Source: an uncultured virus (IMG/VR IMGVR_UViG_3300029812_000136) (lineage: Duplodnaviria; Heunggongvirae; Uroviricota; Caudoviricetes). From it: a stretch of 64,000 nt of DNA. Below are positions 46,004-56,746 of the stretch, piece by piece. Location: the IMG/VR virus record IMGVR_UViG_3300029812_000136; one strand, given 5' to 3'. The translations under genes and the position numbers were made by a program. Below the pieces are notes generated by a model that was not told where the DNA came from, made no database searches, and saw only the letters and a list, made by a program, of their open reading frames with translations. Within the stretch, counting starts at the first letter, position 1, and each line of letters starts with the position of its first letter.

Positions 46004-46934
46004 AATAGAATCAATCCAATCATCTCTTTTTGATGTTGAGAATAGTGAAACAGATGAGTTTATTATGTGTAAGATTTGTAGAAGAGTGTTTATTGGTTCA
46101 TTACTTGTTCATTTACATAAATATCATAAAATAACGTCTGAAGAGTATATGCATATATTTCCAGGTTCAAGATTGTATACTAAAAAATTTTTATTACATC
46201 AAAAATATGCATTTGATTGTTTAATGAAGAAGGATCCTGATCATCAGAAAAAGGCATTTGCAAAACTTCTTGAGAAGAATCCAAATCATCAATGTGAAGT
46301 AGGTAAGATTGGTGGGCACAACTCTCAAGAAACACTAAAGAGAGAAAATAAAGGATTTTATGGAATGAGTTTTGAATTTCATCAAGAGATAGGAAGAAAG
46401 AATGGTATTGCTTCTCAAAAAATCCATAAAGAAAAAGGTACTGGTTTTTATGATGTAGAAGTAAAAAGGAAGGGAGGAAAAGCAACATATAAAAAGTATG
46501 GTGTAGAGTATTATAGGGAACTTGGTAAAAAGGCTCATCAAACAAATTTGAAGCGAGGTTTTAGTGTAGGAAAAGTTAGAGTTCAACAAATGATTAATGA
46601 AACACCTTACAAATATGAAGGAAAGAAGTTCCTCTCAAAAGAAGAACTAAAGTGTTATAAAATCATAAGACAAATATTTAAATCAGAAGAAATAATAGTA
46701 AATGGTTTTATAGGAAATAAAAGTGTTGATTTTCATATTCTTCTTATTTCATTATTTATAGAATATCATCCTTATACATTGTCTCAAGGTTTGAGTACTT
46801 CGTTAGAGACAAAAGAAGAATATTATCAACGTCGCCGTAAATTACTTGATGATAGTGAATATAAAGAGCATAAATTAATTGTTTTCTCTAATCTAAAGGA
46901 GGTAAAAGAGTGGATACAATCTTTGAAAAAATAA
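45996..46934 (+). CDS. Free-standing homing endonuclease (Zn finger plus Vsr/DUF559-like domain)
   Basis: CKIC..HLHKYH, basic GG repeats, SKEE..VDF..IEYHP. Confidence 0.7.
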   Translation: MNKIESIQSSLFDVENSETDEFIMCKICRRVFIGSLLVHLHKYHKITSEEYMHIFPGSRLYTKKFLLHQKYAFDCLMKKDPDHQKKAFAKLLEKNPNHQCEVGKIGGHNSQETLKRENKGFYGMSFEFHQEIGRKNGIASQKIHKEKGTGFYDVEVKRKGGKATYKKYGVEYYRELGKKAHQTNLKRGFSVGKVRVQQMINETPYKYEGKKFLSKEELKCYKIIRQIFKSEEIIVNGFIGNKSVDFHILLISLFIEYHPYTLSQGLSTSLETKEEYYQRRRKLLDDSEYKEHKLIVFSNLKEVKEWIQSLKK

Positions 46935-47680
46935 AGAAAATAGAAATAATAAAGGAAGATACAGACTGTTTTGATATAGAAGTTTCAGGAACACACAACT
47001 TTTTTGCTGATGATGTATTAGTTCATAATTGTAAGATTTGTAATATTAATAATAAAGAACCTTGTAAGCATCCTGATGAATCATTCTGTTCACCAGAAGG
47101 ATGTGGTATAGATCTCTATAACATGCTCCCAGAAATGGAAATACCACCAGTCAAAAATTTTCATGTCATTTCTATGGTTTATGGTTCACTAAATTTCGAT
47201 TTCAACTCTCAAATTCTTTCTCCTCGTAAACAAAATCATTTTCCTTTAACAAATATCTCTAACCTCAAAAAAACTTTCTCTGTTAAGGATATTTGGGATC
47301 CTGATTACGCAAATTCTCGATGTAATAACTGTAAATTGTATTCACCACTCCTCTGTGATAGATCTCGTTATCAAGAACAAGATCTCTACAATCACATCAA
47401 AGATTGGCATCTCTATTCCATCAATCTCAAACACAAAGTCAACACAGTCAAAGCAATAAAAGAACTCCATAATCATCAACTTCAACTTCATCGTCAAGGT
47501 TATTGGGAAAGTTTTGTCCTTCTCCCTGGTAGATGTCCTGCATGTCAGGTTTGTAATATTGATGTTCATAAAAATGGTGGATACAAGGTGGTTCAAAATA
47601 GAGCCATTCCTCTATGTCTAAGTTATTTCAATCTCAAACCAGATGATATTGGTGAGAATGTGGGTTATATTTTGGTATAA
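46910..47680 (+). CDS. Split-intein C-half plus DUF2284-like C-extein
   Basis: Own SD (AGGAGGT) and GTG start; FDIEVSGTHNFFADDVLVHN|C; CKHP..SPEGCGIDLY. Confidence 0.88.
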   Translation: MDTIFEKIKKIEIIKEDTDCFDIEVSGTHNFFADDVLVHNCKICNINNKEPCKHPDESFCSPEGCGIDLYNMLPEMEIPPVKNFHVISMVYGSLNFDFNSQILSPRKQNHFPLTNISNLKKTFSVKDIWDPDYANSRCNNCKLYSPLLCDRSRYQEQDLYNHIKDWHLYSINLKHKVNTVKAIKELHNHQLQLHRQGYWESFVLLPGRCPACQVCNIDVHKNGGYKVVQNRAIPLCLSYFNLKPDDIGENVGYILV

Positions 47681-47724
47681 GTATTTATACATGAAATATA
47701 TAAATAATTATATGGTGATTAAGA

Positions 47725-49126
47725 ATGAAAAGTATAGAAGAAGAAAGAAGAAGGTTAGATGAAGCATTAAGAGAGACAAATTTTAGTTCAAAAACTAAGG
47801 GTCTATGGGCATACTACAGGAAAGGAGATGAAATACTAAATACACCTATTTCAGAGAATACTACATTAACTTATTTAGGTCGAGCAAAAAAGTGGCATGT
47901 ACCCAAAAACATGCAAAAGGCATTTGCAGTTTACACTTTAAATCAAGTAAGAAATGGTGCTATTACACCATATTATGGAACAACCAGAAAAACAACATTA
48001 TTAAGATGGAAAAAAGCTGTAGATATTGTAGATAAAATTAGAAAAAATATTAGGAGATGATAGAAAATGGGAGTAATTTTGGCTAGTAAAGAACACATGA
48101 AATTGCATGATGTTGATTATACAAGAAGTGAAAAGGAATTGTTAAAGTCAGCTTTGTATTGGTCTAAGAGTAAATCTCCAAATAGGTTATTACTTTGGAA
48201 ACGAAAAGAAGTTATTTGTGCAAGGAAACTTGTTAATAAAGGACTATTAAAAGAGTTGAAACCACATAGTGATGGTATACATGTTAGATTTAACATAACA
48301 AGTAAAGGTAAAAGTGTACTAAAAGCATATATATAAGGTAATATTAATAATTAGGTAATAAAAATGCCAAAAAAAGTTTGTCAGTGGTCAGTGGTTAGTT
48401 ATCATAGTCATATAGGTGCAAAAAAGACACAATTTGTTGGTGAACTTTATTGGGGACTTTATTATTGTCCAAAAGTAAAAAATGTAGTGGAAGCAGAAAT
48501 TGAGAAATGGAGAATTAAAAACAAATTTGAAATATATCATAGAAACTCAGGTGAAAAAGTAATAAAAGTAGTGTATAAAGATCTCCATGGTAAAGAAGCA
48601 TTGAAAAAGTTTAAGACACAAGAAAAAGCATTGAAAGAACTAATAAAAGAAAATATAAGAAAGATGGGTTATAAACCATTATTGTTTGTAGATTACTAAT
48701 TAAAATGATGCAGAATGTAATATAGATGAGCGAAAGAAAATACAATCAAAAAATATGGAAAAAATAAAAGTAGAAGGTTTTTGGGCTGGAGCATCACATA
48801 GTATGTATAGTGTAGGGAAAGCACCTTTTCCAGATAGCTTAAATATTAAAGCAAGTAGTTATTCAGAAGCAGAAAAGATATTGCGTAATTATATAAAGGA
48901 TAAGAAAACTCCTTTTTCATGTTGGGTTTTGGAAAAAAAAGTTTCATTTGATCTGGATGGACATGTTTATTGTAAAATTTCTGAAATAAGGGCATATAGA
49001 TATATAGAAAAAACTAGAGAATTAAGAGAGTCTAAAAGTAAAAGAAAAGTGATAGATATGAGTAAGTTTATAAATTCATTTAAACCATATGTTAAACAAT
49101 ATGGAAAGTATATACGCACTAAGTAA
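47725..49126 (+). other. Four small basic hypothetical ORFs
   Basis: 47725-48060, 48067-48336 (wHTH-like), 48364-48699 and 48755-49126, behind a TATA-like site at about 47684. Confidence 0.55.
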
Positions 49127-49138
49127 TTTTAACTTATA

Positions 49139-49177
49139 ACCCAAGAAGTCCCATTCCGAAAGTGATGGGTAGTTCAC
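49139..49177 (+). mobile_element. Second miniature IS605-end remnant
   Basis: AGAAGTCCCAT..ATGGG hairpin followed by TAGTTCAC. Confidence 0.55.
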
Positions 49178-49279
49178 AACTAAACATGTTAGAAGTGAAT
49201 GGTATAAAAAATATAGTGTGAATATTTTTAAAGAAATGGGATTTTGAATTAACACAAGGTAATTTTAGGAGTGAATTAT

Positions 49280-50633
49280 AAGAAACTCCGAGAAGACTTC
49301 CTGCATTAGATAGGGGATGAATTGGCTCCCGATTTAGTAATGGTGATGTGGTAGGGTGTATCGAGAGCAGATAACTCTCTTCTACCACACCACCAATAAA
49401 ACAATTTATATACTAAACATAAATAAATTATTGGTGTATCGAGATGCAAAGAACATATCGCTATCGGATATATCCCTCGGCGGAACAGGAAGAAGAGTTA
49501 AGCTATTGGTTAGATACATGCCGTTGGCTCTACAACCAATCGTTGAACGAAAGAAGAGTTGCTTACGACTATGCCAAGGCACGATTGAACTACTATGATC
49601 AGGCAAATGCGTTAAAGATGATGAAGAAAGATAATAAGTGGTTACAGAAGGTACATTCGCAGGTGCTTCAGGATGTGCTTAAACGATTAGATAAGGCATT
49701 CCAGAACTTTTTTCGACGAGTGAAAGCATGTGAGAAGCTAGGATATCCTCGTTTCAAAGGAAGAAGCAGATACGACTCTTTTACATTTCCACAAAGCGGC
49801 TATAAGATAGAAAACGGCAAGTTAGTTCTATCGAAAATAGGTGCTATCAAGTTGAAGCAGCACCGGGAGATGCCGGAAGGAGCTAAAATCAAGACATGCA
49901 CAATAAAATGGGATGTGGATCAGTGGTATGTGACTTTTGTCGTAGAGTTGTCGGATGCCGGAAGAGAGAAGAAAGAGATTGCGACCTCAGTAGGGGTTGA
50001 CGTTGGATTGAATGAGATAGCAACACTTAGTAGCGGTGAAAAGATAGCAAACCCACGATGGTTCAGAACAACTGAGAAGAAGTTAGCGAAGGAACAAAGA
50101 AAACTATCGAGGAAGAAGAAAGGCTCTGCGAATAGGAAGAAGCAGAAGATAGAAGTGGCTAAAGTATATAGAACGATACGAAATCAACGGAAAGACTTCC
50201 ATCATAAACTCAGCCGAGAACTTGTGGAACGGTACGATTTGATAGTATTCGAGGATTTGAAGGTTAGGAATATGTTAAAGAATTACTATTTAGCGAAATC
50301 AATATCAGATGCCGGTTGGAACGTGCTGGTTAATTTCACGAGCTACAAAGCGGAAGATGCTGGTGGATTTGTGGAACAAGTCATTCCAAACGGTACTTCG
50401 CAATTGTGCAGTGGTTGTGGAGCGGAAGTAAAGAAATCGTTAGCGGTGAGGACGCATAAATGTTCAGAGTGTGGTCTGGTGATGGATAGGGATGAGAATG
50501 CTGCATTGAATATCCTCAGAAGGGGATTAGAGAAGATAGGGCAGGAACTGTCCAAATCAATAACGCCTGTGGAGATGTTCGTTGGAATGTCACCGAAGCA
50601 GGAAGCTACTCAACTTGTTGGGTGTTAGTTCAC
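49280..50633 (+). mobile_element. IS605-group (IS1341-type) tnpB-only element
   Basis: Left-end hairpin (about 49298-49317), higher-GC tnpB, right-end hairpin ending TAGTTCAC; follows TTAT. Confidence 0.8.
49444..50628 (+). CDS. tnpB: TnpB RNA-guided nuclease
   Basis: YRYRIYP HTH_OrfB start, GVDVG, VFEDL, TSQLCSGCG..CSECG..DRDENAALNI. Confidence 0.95.
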   Translation: MQRTYRYRIYPSAEQEEELSYWLDTCRWLYNQSLNERRVAYDYAKARLNYYDQANALKMMKKDNKWLQKVHSQVLQDVLKRLDKAFQNFFRRVKACEKLGYPRFKGRSRYDSFTFPQSGYKIENGKLVLSKIGAIKLKQHREMPEGAKIKTCTIKWDVDQWYVTFVVELSDAGREKKEIATSVGVDVGLNEIATLSSGEKIANPRWFRTTEKKLAKEQRKLSRKKKGSANRKKQKIEVAKVYRTIRNQRKDFHHKLSRELVERYDLIVFEDLKVRNMLKNYYLAKSISDAGWNVLVNFTSYKAEDAGGFVEQVIPNGTSQLCSGCGAEVKKSLAVRTHKCSECGLVMDRDENAALNILRRGLEKIGQELSKSITPVEMFVGMSPKQEATQLVGC

Positions 50634-50634
50634 A

Positions 50635-51759
50635 ATGAAGATAGCTTTAAATCTATTCTGGATTGAGCAGGTAGGTGGTATTCTCACTTATCACAAGAAC
50701 CTAAAGAGTGGATTACGACATTTTGGTCATAATGTGGATGATTATTTTATATCATTGAACAAGAAAAAATTACAAAAGAAATATAATTCGAGAGGATATA
50801 TTTATACTGATTTCACCGATATTCTTGGTTTTGAACAGGATTCATGGATCAATAATTATAAGGATATTATGGATGAATATGACATTGTTATATTTACGTT
50901 ACCATGCCCAACACTTAGAAGTGGTGCAAGTAATAAATGGATTGAGTGCTATAATATATCATCAAAGATAATTTCTGTGTTTCATGATCCTTACTTGAAT
51001 AGTAGGTATCCTTGGATAAGGAGTGTCTATGATAACATATCAAAATTTGTGTGCGTTCAGGAAAAGAGTTATATAACAGTGAGAAATTCTTTTGGGTTAA
51101 ATCCTCCAAATGGTATTGTAGAATTAATAAGACATCCAATGGACTTATCTGACATGGGAACATATAAAGAAGAAAAAGATGATCTTATAATGACAGCACA
51201 ACAATTTAAGTCATGGAAAAGAGTTCATCTCTTCATTAGAGCAATACCAGATATTAGAAAGCAGTTTCCAAATCTTCAAATAGAAGTCTATGGTGGTGGA
51301 ATAGAAATGTCTAAGATGTCAGGTAAAAAGAGATCAGAAAAATACAAAGACGAAAAAGGTTGGTTTTGGGACAATGCAGTAAATGCTGGTATGCAATATA
51401 AAGGATTTGTTTCTGATGAAGAACTTATAGAAGCATATAAAAGATCAAGAATATTTATAGATCTTTCATTAGGTGAAAGTGGATATAAAACACATTATCC
51501 AAATATAAATTACAGTGGATTAGAAGCCATGAAATATGGTTGCATTATAATTGCAGCAAATGTTTTACCACCAAAGTTATTTACACCAAATAAAAACTAT
51601 TTAGCAGTAAACGAACAGAATATAAATGAATCAATATTGAATCAGATCAATAATATTGTGTCAAATAATTATGAAGAGATGATAAGGAAGAATCATGAGA
51701 TTTTAAAGAAATCATTTGACAAACAAAGTGTTGCTAGAAATATAATAGAAGGAGTATAA
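50635..51759 (+). CDS. GT-B fold (GT4-like) glycosyltransferase
   Basis: GGILTY, FHD, KSWKRVHLFI, YSGLEAMKYGCIII. Confidence 0.85.
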   Translation: MKIALNLFWIEQVGGILTYHKNLKSGLRHFGHNVDDYFISLNKKKLQKKYNSRGYIYTDFTDILGFEQDSWINNYKDIMDEYDIVIFTLPCPTLRSGASNKWIECYNISSKIISVFHDPYLNSRYPWIRSVYDNISKFVCVQEKSYITVRNSFGLNPPNGIVELIRHPMDLSDMGTYKEEKDDLIMTAQQFKSWKRVHLFIRAIPDIRKQFPNLQIEVYGGGIEMSKMSGKKRSEKYKDEKGWFWDNAVNAGMQYKGFVSDEELIEAYKRSRIFIDLSLGESGYKTHYPNINYSGLEAMKYGCIIIAANVLPPKLFTPNKNYLAVNEQNINESILNQINNIVSNNYEEMIRKNHEILKKSFDKQSVARNIIEGV

Positions 51760-51760
51760 G

Positions 51761-52693
51761 ATGAATTATATCGATCCATGGAGTATCCAAATAGAATTTT
51801 CTAAGGGGTGTACAAGATTATGTAAATGGTGTGGTCTCTCATCTATAAGAACAAAACCAAAACAAGATTTATGTTTTATGTCTTTAGATCTTGCAACTGA
51901 TATAGCAAAACAACTTGGTGCTTGGTTTGATAGAAAGAGAGTAGAATTCGCTTTACGTGGTGAACCAACACTAAATCCAAATTGCACAGAGATTGTTTCG
52001 ATATTTCGCAAGTATTTCTCTAAAGCACAACTAATGCTAACAACGAATGGGGACATTATACGAAAAAATTTTGATATGATCAATAACTTATTTAATGCAG
52101 GTCTAAATATTTTACTAGTTGATGTATATGACAATACATTTGAACAGTGGAAAGAAAAATTATCTATTCTTGAATATGATTTTTATGATTTCTTCAAAGA
52201 TAAATCAAAAGTCTATACATACAAGGGTTATAAAAATAAAGAAATAATAATAATGGATAATATCTCAACAACAAGTGGACGATGTTCTATAAGAGTATTG
52301 AACAATCAGGGTGGAAGTGTAAATTGTCCAGAGTTAGGTATTACACCTTTAAGATATCCACTCTTAAGAAGATGCTCAAATCCATTCAGAGAATTAGTAG
52401 TTTTCAATGATGGTTCTGTACCAATCTGTTGTATGGGTGGATATAAAAATGAATTCATAGTGGGTAAAACACCTGAACAATCCTTAAAAGAAATATGGAA
52501 TTCAGATTTGTACAATGCTGTAAGAGTCTTTTTATTTCATAAACAGCGAGTCTTTGAACCGTGTTCTAGTTGTGATTACAAAGGTTATAAACTTGGTTTG
52601 TTAAAACAGCCAGATAATATGTCTATAAAGGATGCAAATGAAATATTAGAGACAAAAACTCGTCTAAGAAAAATTAGTTTGGATAAGTTTTAG
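51761..52693 (+). CDS. Radical SAM protein with a SPASM/twitch domain
   Basis: CTRLCKWC, RGEPTLNP, TTNG, CSNPF..DGSVPICC..CSSC. Confidence 0.9.
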   Translation: MNYIDPWSIQIEFSKGCTRLCKWCGLSSIRTKPKQDLCFMSLDLATDIAKQLGAWFDRKRVEFALRGEPTLNPNCTEIVSIFRKYFSKAQLMLTTNGDIIRKNFDMINNLFNAGLNILLVDVYDNTFEQWKEKLSILEYDFYDFFKDKSKVYTYKGYKNKEIIIMDNISTTSGRCSIRVLNNQGGSVNCPELGITPLRYPLLRRCSNPFRELVVFNDGSVPICCMGGYKNEFIVGKTPEQSLKEIWNSDLYNAVRVFLFHKQRVFEPCSSCDYKGYKLGLLKQPDNMSIKDANEILETKTRLRKISLDKF

Positions 52694-52717
52694 ATTCCCA
52701 TAATTTTTCCCATAAAA

Positions 52718-52990
52718 ATGACAACTTATGAAGAGCATTCCAAAAAGATAGGAAAACTCGTTGACCAAAAGAACAAAGCATATGGTGACTCATTCAGAAA
52801 GTCTGGACAAATCCTCAGAATCTTATATCCAAATGGTATCCAACCAGACCAATACGATGATATACTTGCCATTGCCCGTATAATTGACAAAATGTTCCGT
52901 ATTGCAACAGATCGTGATGCGTTGGATGAGAATCCATATGAGGATATTGTGGGTTACGCAATTTTGAGGTGTGTTCATTTAGAAGAATAA
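52718..52990 (+). CDS. DUF1599-like nucleotide-modification-associated domain protein
   Basis: KNKAYGDSF..RIIDKMFRI..EDIVGYAIL. Confidence 0.75.
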   Translation: MTTYEEHSKKIGKLVDQKNKAYGDSFRKSGQILRILYPNGIQPDQYDDILAIARIIDKMFRIATDRDALDENPYEDIVGYAILRCVHLEE

Positions 52991-53994
52991 ATATTCCTTT
53001 TTATCTTATCAAAATATAATATAATTGAGGTGAAAAATATGAAAAAGCAAGAAAAGAGATATGATGTTATAAGACAATATTATGATTCTTTTGGTCCGAC
53101 AAGAGCTAAATATTTAGGTTCATATTTAGGTACACCAAGAGAAGCAATAATAAATGCAATAAAAGATAATTATAGTAGAAAAACTTATGGTCTTTTTATA
53201 GCAGGAGGAGAGAAATATTATGTTGATATGAGAGACGAACCTATATACATAAAAAAGGTACAAGGATATTGGGAAGGTATGATGGATCGTCTATTAGAAC
53301 AAAAAAGATCTGCACATAAGTAATTGTCCATAAAGAAGATCAAAAAATTATTATTAAGTAGATGGTACAGAGAAGTGATAATGGATCCTATGGGTTGTTT
53401 TTCCATAATAAGTTAGACAAAATTGGTAATTTAGTATAGGATATTTGTAAGGTTCATTGAGAAGATTTATTAAGTAAGTGTATATAAGTTCAGGTATGAT
53501 TTTTTGTTGACTTTTTGTTTGTTATATATAATTATGATCAGAAAATGTCAAAGATACATGTGTCTTCACATGCATTTATTTAAAGAAGATAATTATTACA
53601 TATCATGGGGACAACATGTTCGGAAGGATGGGAAAATAATTGGTGTGGGATATTTTACGTTTGTAAAACAAAAGAAAGGAGATTGGAAGAGTATAATAAA
53701 GAAGAGGAGGAGATAAAATGCCAATAATGGAATTTGGAACTTTAGGGTCTTTTAAGGATTGGATAAGTAACTTTGCGAAATCAGATAGATATATGTTTTG
53801 TGTAACAAGCGAGAATGAGATAATAGCACAACCACTGAAGACAAGTAGACCAATCATCTATGGATATATGAAAATTACAGATGAGAAGGAATTGGGTGGT
53901 TTAATTAAAAAGCTAAGAGAAAATGGGTATAGTGTAGTACAATTAAAGTCATTTTCATGGGATACGGATAGACAGCCTGGACAAAAAAGAGTGT

Positions 53995-55104
53995 TTGAAT
54001 AATATGGAAATTAACAGAAACTTTTCTGAAATAAGTATTGAGACTACATGGAGTTGCGGTTTGAAATGCCAAATGTGTAGTAGTAATGCATTACATCCAA
54101 GAGAGATAGACACACAAAATGAACTAACAGAAACAGAAATAAAGAAGATTCTTTATGAAGGAAAGAAACATTTTAATCCTAAATATTTTTCTGTTTCAGG
54201 TGGTGAACCGTTACTTAAACCTTGTAATTGGGAAATATTAAAATATGCAAAGGATTTGGGTTATGAAATATTGTTTTACACTACAGGAATGGTACTCGAA
54301 TCTGAGGATAGTGATGAATTAAAGCCAATAGGTGAGAATGAACTACGAAAATTTAAGGAACTAAATACGGAATTAATCTTTGATGTTCAGTCATGTGATG
54401 AGAAGACTCAAGACAAGATAATGGGTGTAGATGGGGTATATGAAAAGGAGATTTCAATAATCAAAAAAGCAATTGATATGAGAATTCCAGTTCAAACACA
54501 TTTTGTTCCACAGATTGATAATTATAAAGATATTGTTGATACTGTTCAATTTTTAAATGATCTTGGTGTTAGTAAAATCAGTTTTCTTCGCCTAGTGGAG
54601 CAGGGAAGGTGCAAAGAGAATCACATTGAACTCAGTAAAAAGAAGTTTGAGGAAATGCAATATGTCTTTTATAGATTGTTGCATGATGAAAAGTTGGATA
54701 TACAGGTGCGTTTGGGTCATCCAATCAATTTTCAAGCGTTAATTGACAAAACAGCACCATTTCTTCCTTGCCGTGGAGCAAAGGACGCTCCATTAATTCA
54801 ACCTTTTGGTCAGGTTGCTACATGTCCAGGATTCAAAGATTTACCAAAAGCAGGAAATATACGTGATAATAGTTTAGTAGATATATGGAACACAAGCAAT
54901 CTTTACAGGATTTTACAGGATTTTATTCATAATGGTGGATGGAAAGAAGTGGTGGGTAAGTGTTCTACGTGTCCGTTTTTGTCACAATGTAAAACCAAAT
55001 GTGTGGCACAAAGATTAATACATAATATACCAAAAGACTCTAAAATACCATTGGAGGAACAGTTGCGTATTGGTCCAGATCCATTATGCTGGTTTATGGA
55101 TTAA
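53995..55104 (+). CDS. Radical SAM/SPASM protein
   Basis: CGLKCQMC, SGGEPLL, C-terminal CSTC..C..KC and PDPLCW. Confidence 0.9.
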   Translation: MNNMEINRNFSEISIETTWSCGLKCQMCSSNALHPREIDTQNELTETEIKKILYEGKKHFNPKYFSVSGGEPLLKPCNWEILKYAKDLGYEILFYTTGMVLESEDSDELKPIGENELRKFKELNTELIFDVQSCDEKTQDKIMGVDGVYEKEISIIKKAIDMRIPVQTHFVPQIDNYKDIVDTVQFLNDLGVSKISFLRLVEQGRCKENHIELSKKKFEEMQYVFYRLLHDEKLDIQVRLGHPINFQALIDKTAPFLPCRGAKDAPLIQPFGQVATCPGFKDLPKAGNIRDNSLVDIWNTSNLYRILQDFIHNGGWKEVVGKCSTCPFLSQCKTKCVAQRLIHNIPKDSKIPLEEQLRIGPDPLCWFMD

Positions 55105-55105
55105 G

Positions 55106-56161
55106 ATGGAGACTTGTGCGATTTGTAATGGTAAATTTAAATCTATAAATGGTCTTGGAATTCATATAAGATTGGGACATAAGATATCAACAAAAGAATA
55201 TTATGATAAGTATTTATATAAAGTAAATGAAGAGATATGTCCCATTTGTGGTGGAAAAAATAAATTTATAGGTTTGAGAATTGGTTACAGTAAATATTGT
55301 TGTCGATCATGTGCCAACACAGTTGCTGGTAAGATATGTATTGAGAAACATCCTGAAATAGTACAAAATCTAGTTTTAAACATTGGGTATGCTCATAAAA
55401 TGCATACGGAAAAGAAGAGAGAAAGGTTTCATAAAGAAAGACCAAAATCTTTTGATATTGATGTTTTAGTAAATAGTATAAAGAAGGTTAGACGTCATGG
55501 TTTTGAGTTAATTTCTGATGTTTGGGATATGGAGGAGAGTATTATAGAAAATGCATGGAAAGAACACATAAGAAGAGTAAGAGCAAAGGCAGGAAGGATA
55601 TATCATAAAAAACATCCAAAAAATGAAAATAGTATTATTTCTTGTTTATTTAGAGATGGTAAAAGAGATGAATTAACAGAAATTTGTAGGAAAGGAACTA
55701 TTGGGTTTATAAAGAAATATGGAAATAAAAAATATATAGAGATGTCAAGGGCTGTAAAAAGAGAGTCTAGAAAAAAAGCAGGTCATAATTCATTTTTGTT
55801 AAGGAATAAAAAGTATTCTTTTGAGGGAGAAAGTTTTCTTTCGAAGGAAGAGATTAAATGTTTTAGTTTTTTGAGAGGTCTTGGTTTAACAAAAGAAGAA
55901 ATAAATCATGAATATCAAGTTGATTCGTATTTTATTGATTTCTTTCCTTTAAGAAAATTCTTTTGGGAATATCATCCTTTAGGAGTTTTTGGTAGTAATG
56001 AAACTCTCGACCAATACTACTCCCGTCGTCGTAAAGTCCTCGATGACAATGGATATAAGGACTACAAATTAATTGTAACAACTTCTCTAAAGGAGTTACC
56101 AATAATAGAAGAAGAAATAAGGAGCATAAAGCAAAATGGAAATAATAGCAAAAGAATTTGA
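55106..56161 (+). CDS. Homing endonuclease, paralog of 45996-46934
   Basis: CAIC..HIRLGH finger; FLSKEE.KC..IDF..EYHP..YYSRRRKVLDD..YK..KLIV shared with the paralog. Confidence 0.7.
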   Translation: METCAICNGKFKSINGLGIHIRLGHKISTKEYYDKYLYKVNEEICPICGGKNKFIGLRIGYSKYCCRSCANTVAGKICIEKHPEIVQNLVLNIGYAHKMHTEKKRERFHKERPKSFDIDVLVNSIKKVRRHGFELISDVWDMEESIIENAWKEHIRRVRAKAGRIYHKKHPKNENSIISCLFRDGKRDELTEICRKGTIGFIKKYGNKKYIEMSRAVKRESRKKAGHNSFLLRNKKYSFEGESFLSKEEIKCFSFLRGLGLTKEEINHEYQVDSYFIDFFPLRKFFWEYHPLGVFGSNETLDQYYSRRRKVLDDNGYKDYKLIVTTSLKELPIIEEEIRSIKQNGNNSKRI

Positions 56162-56746
56162 TTTAGATAAAGCACAAAAACTAGGCATCTCAATAGGTGA
56201 AGAGTTAGCCAAAAAAGTACCAGAGGAACAACGACCAGACATCGTGAATGCATTGCTTACGCACATAGTATGTTATTCAGAAATTGGTGTAGAATCTATC
56301 GAAGAAATAGGAAATCAATTCAAAAGGATTTCAAGAGATATGTTTTTTTCGTTCATGAACGATCGAATTGAATATCTCGAAGATCAATTACGGAAGCTGT
56401 TAGAAAAATGACTAAAATAATACCAAATGATTATAATAGAGACAATATAGTGGAACTTGGTGAGAGCATAGCAAGGGAGATAAACAGAAAAGTGTCAGAT
56501 GAAGACAGAGTTACAGTCATAAATCTTCTCACATTCAATCTTGTCCTCTTCTCAGACATAAGCATAAGAGACATGGAGTATATTGGTGAAGATATCAAAC
56601 AGATGGCAAGATATTCACATATCGAAATGTTAGAGGAAGAAATAGAAAAACTCAGAAAGGAACTCAAACATCCAATGACAGAGGAAGAGTACGAAAAGGC
56701 TCAAAAAAGTATCATACAAACGCAAGAAGGAAATAAAGCAGCATGA
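56136..56746 (+). other. Tandem paralogous helical ORFs (56136-56411, 56408-56746)
   Basis: LG.SI..E...KV..E.R...[VI]N.L....V..S.I shared pattern. Confidence 0.6.
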
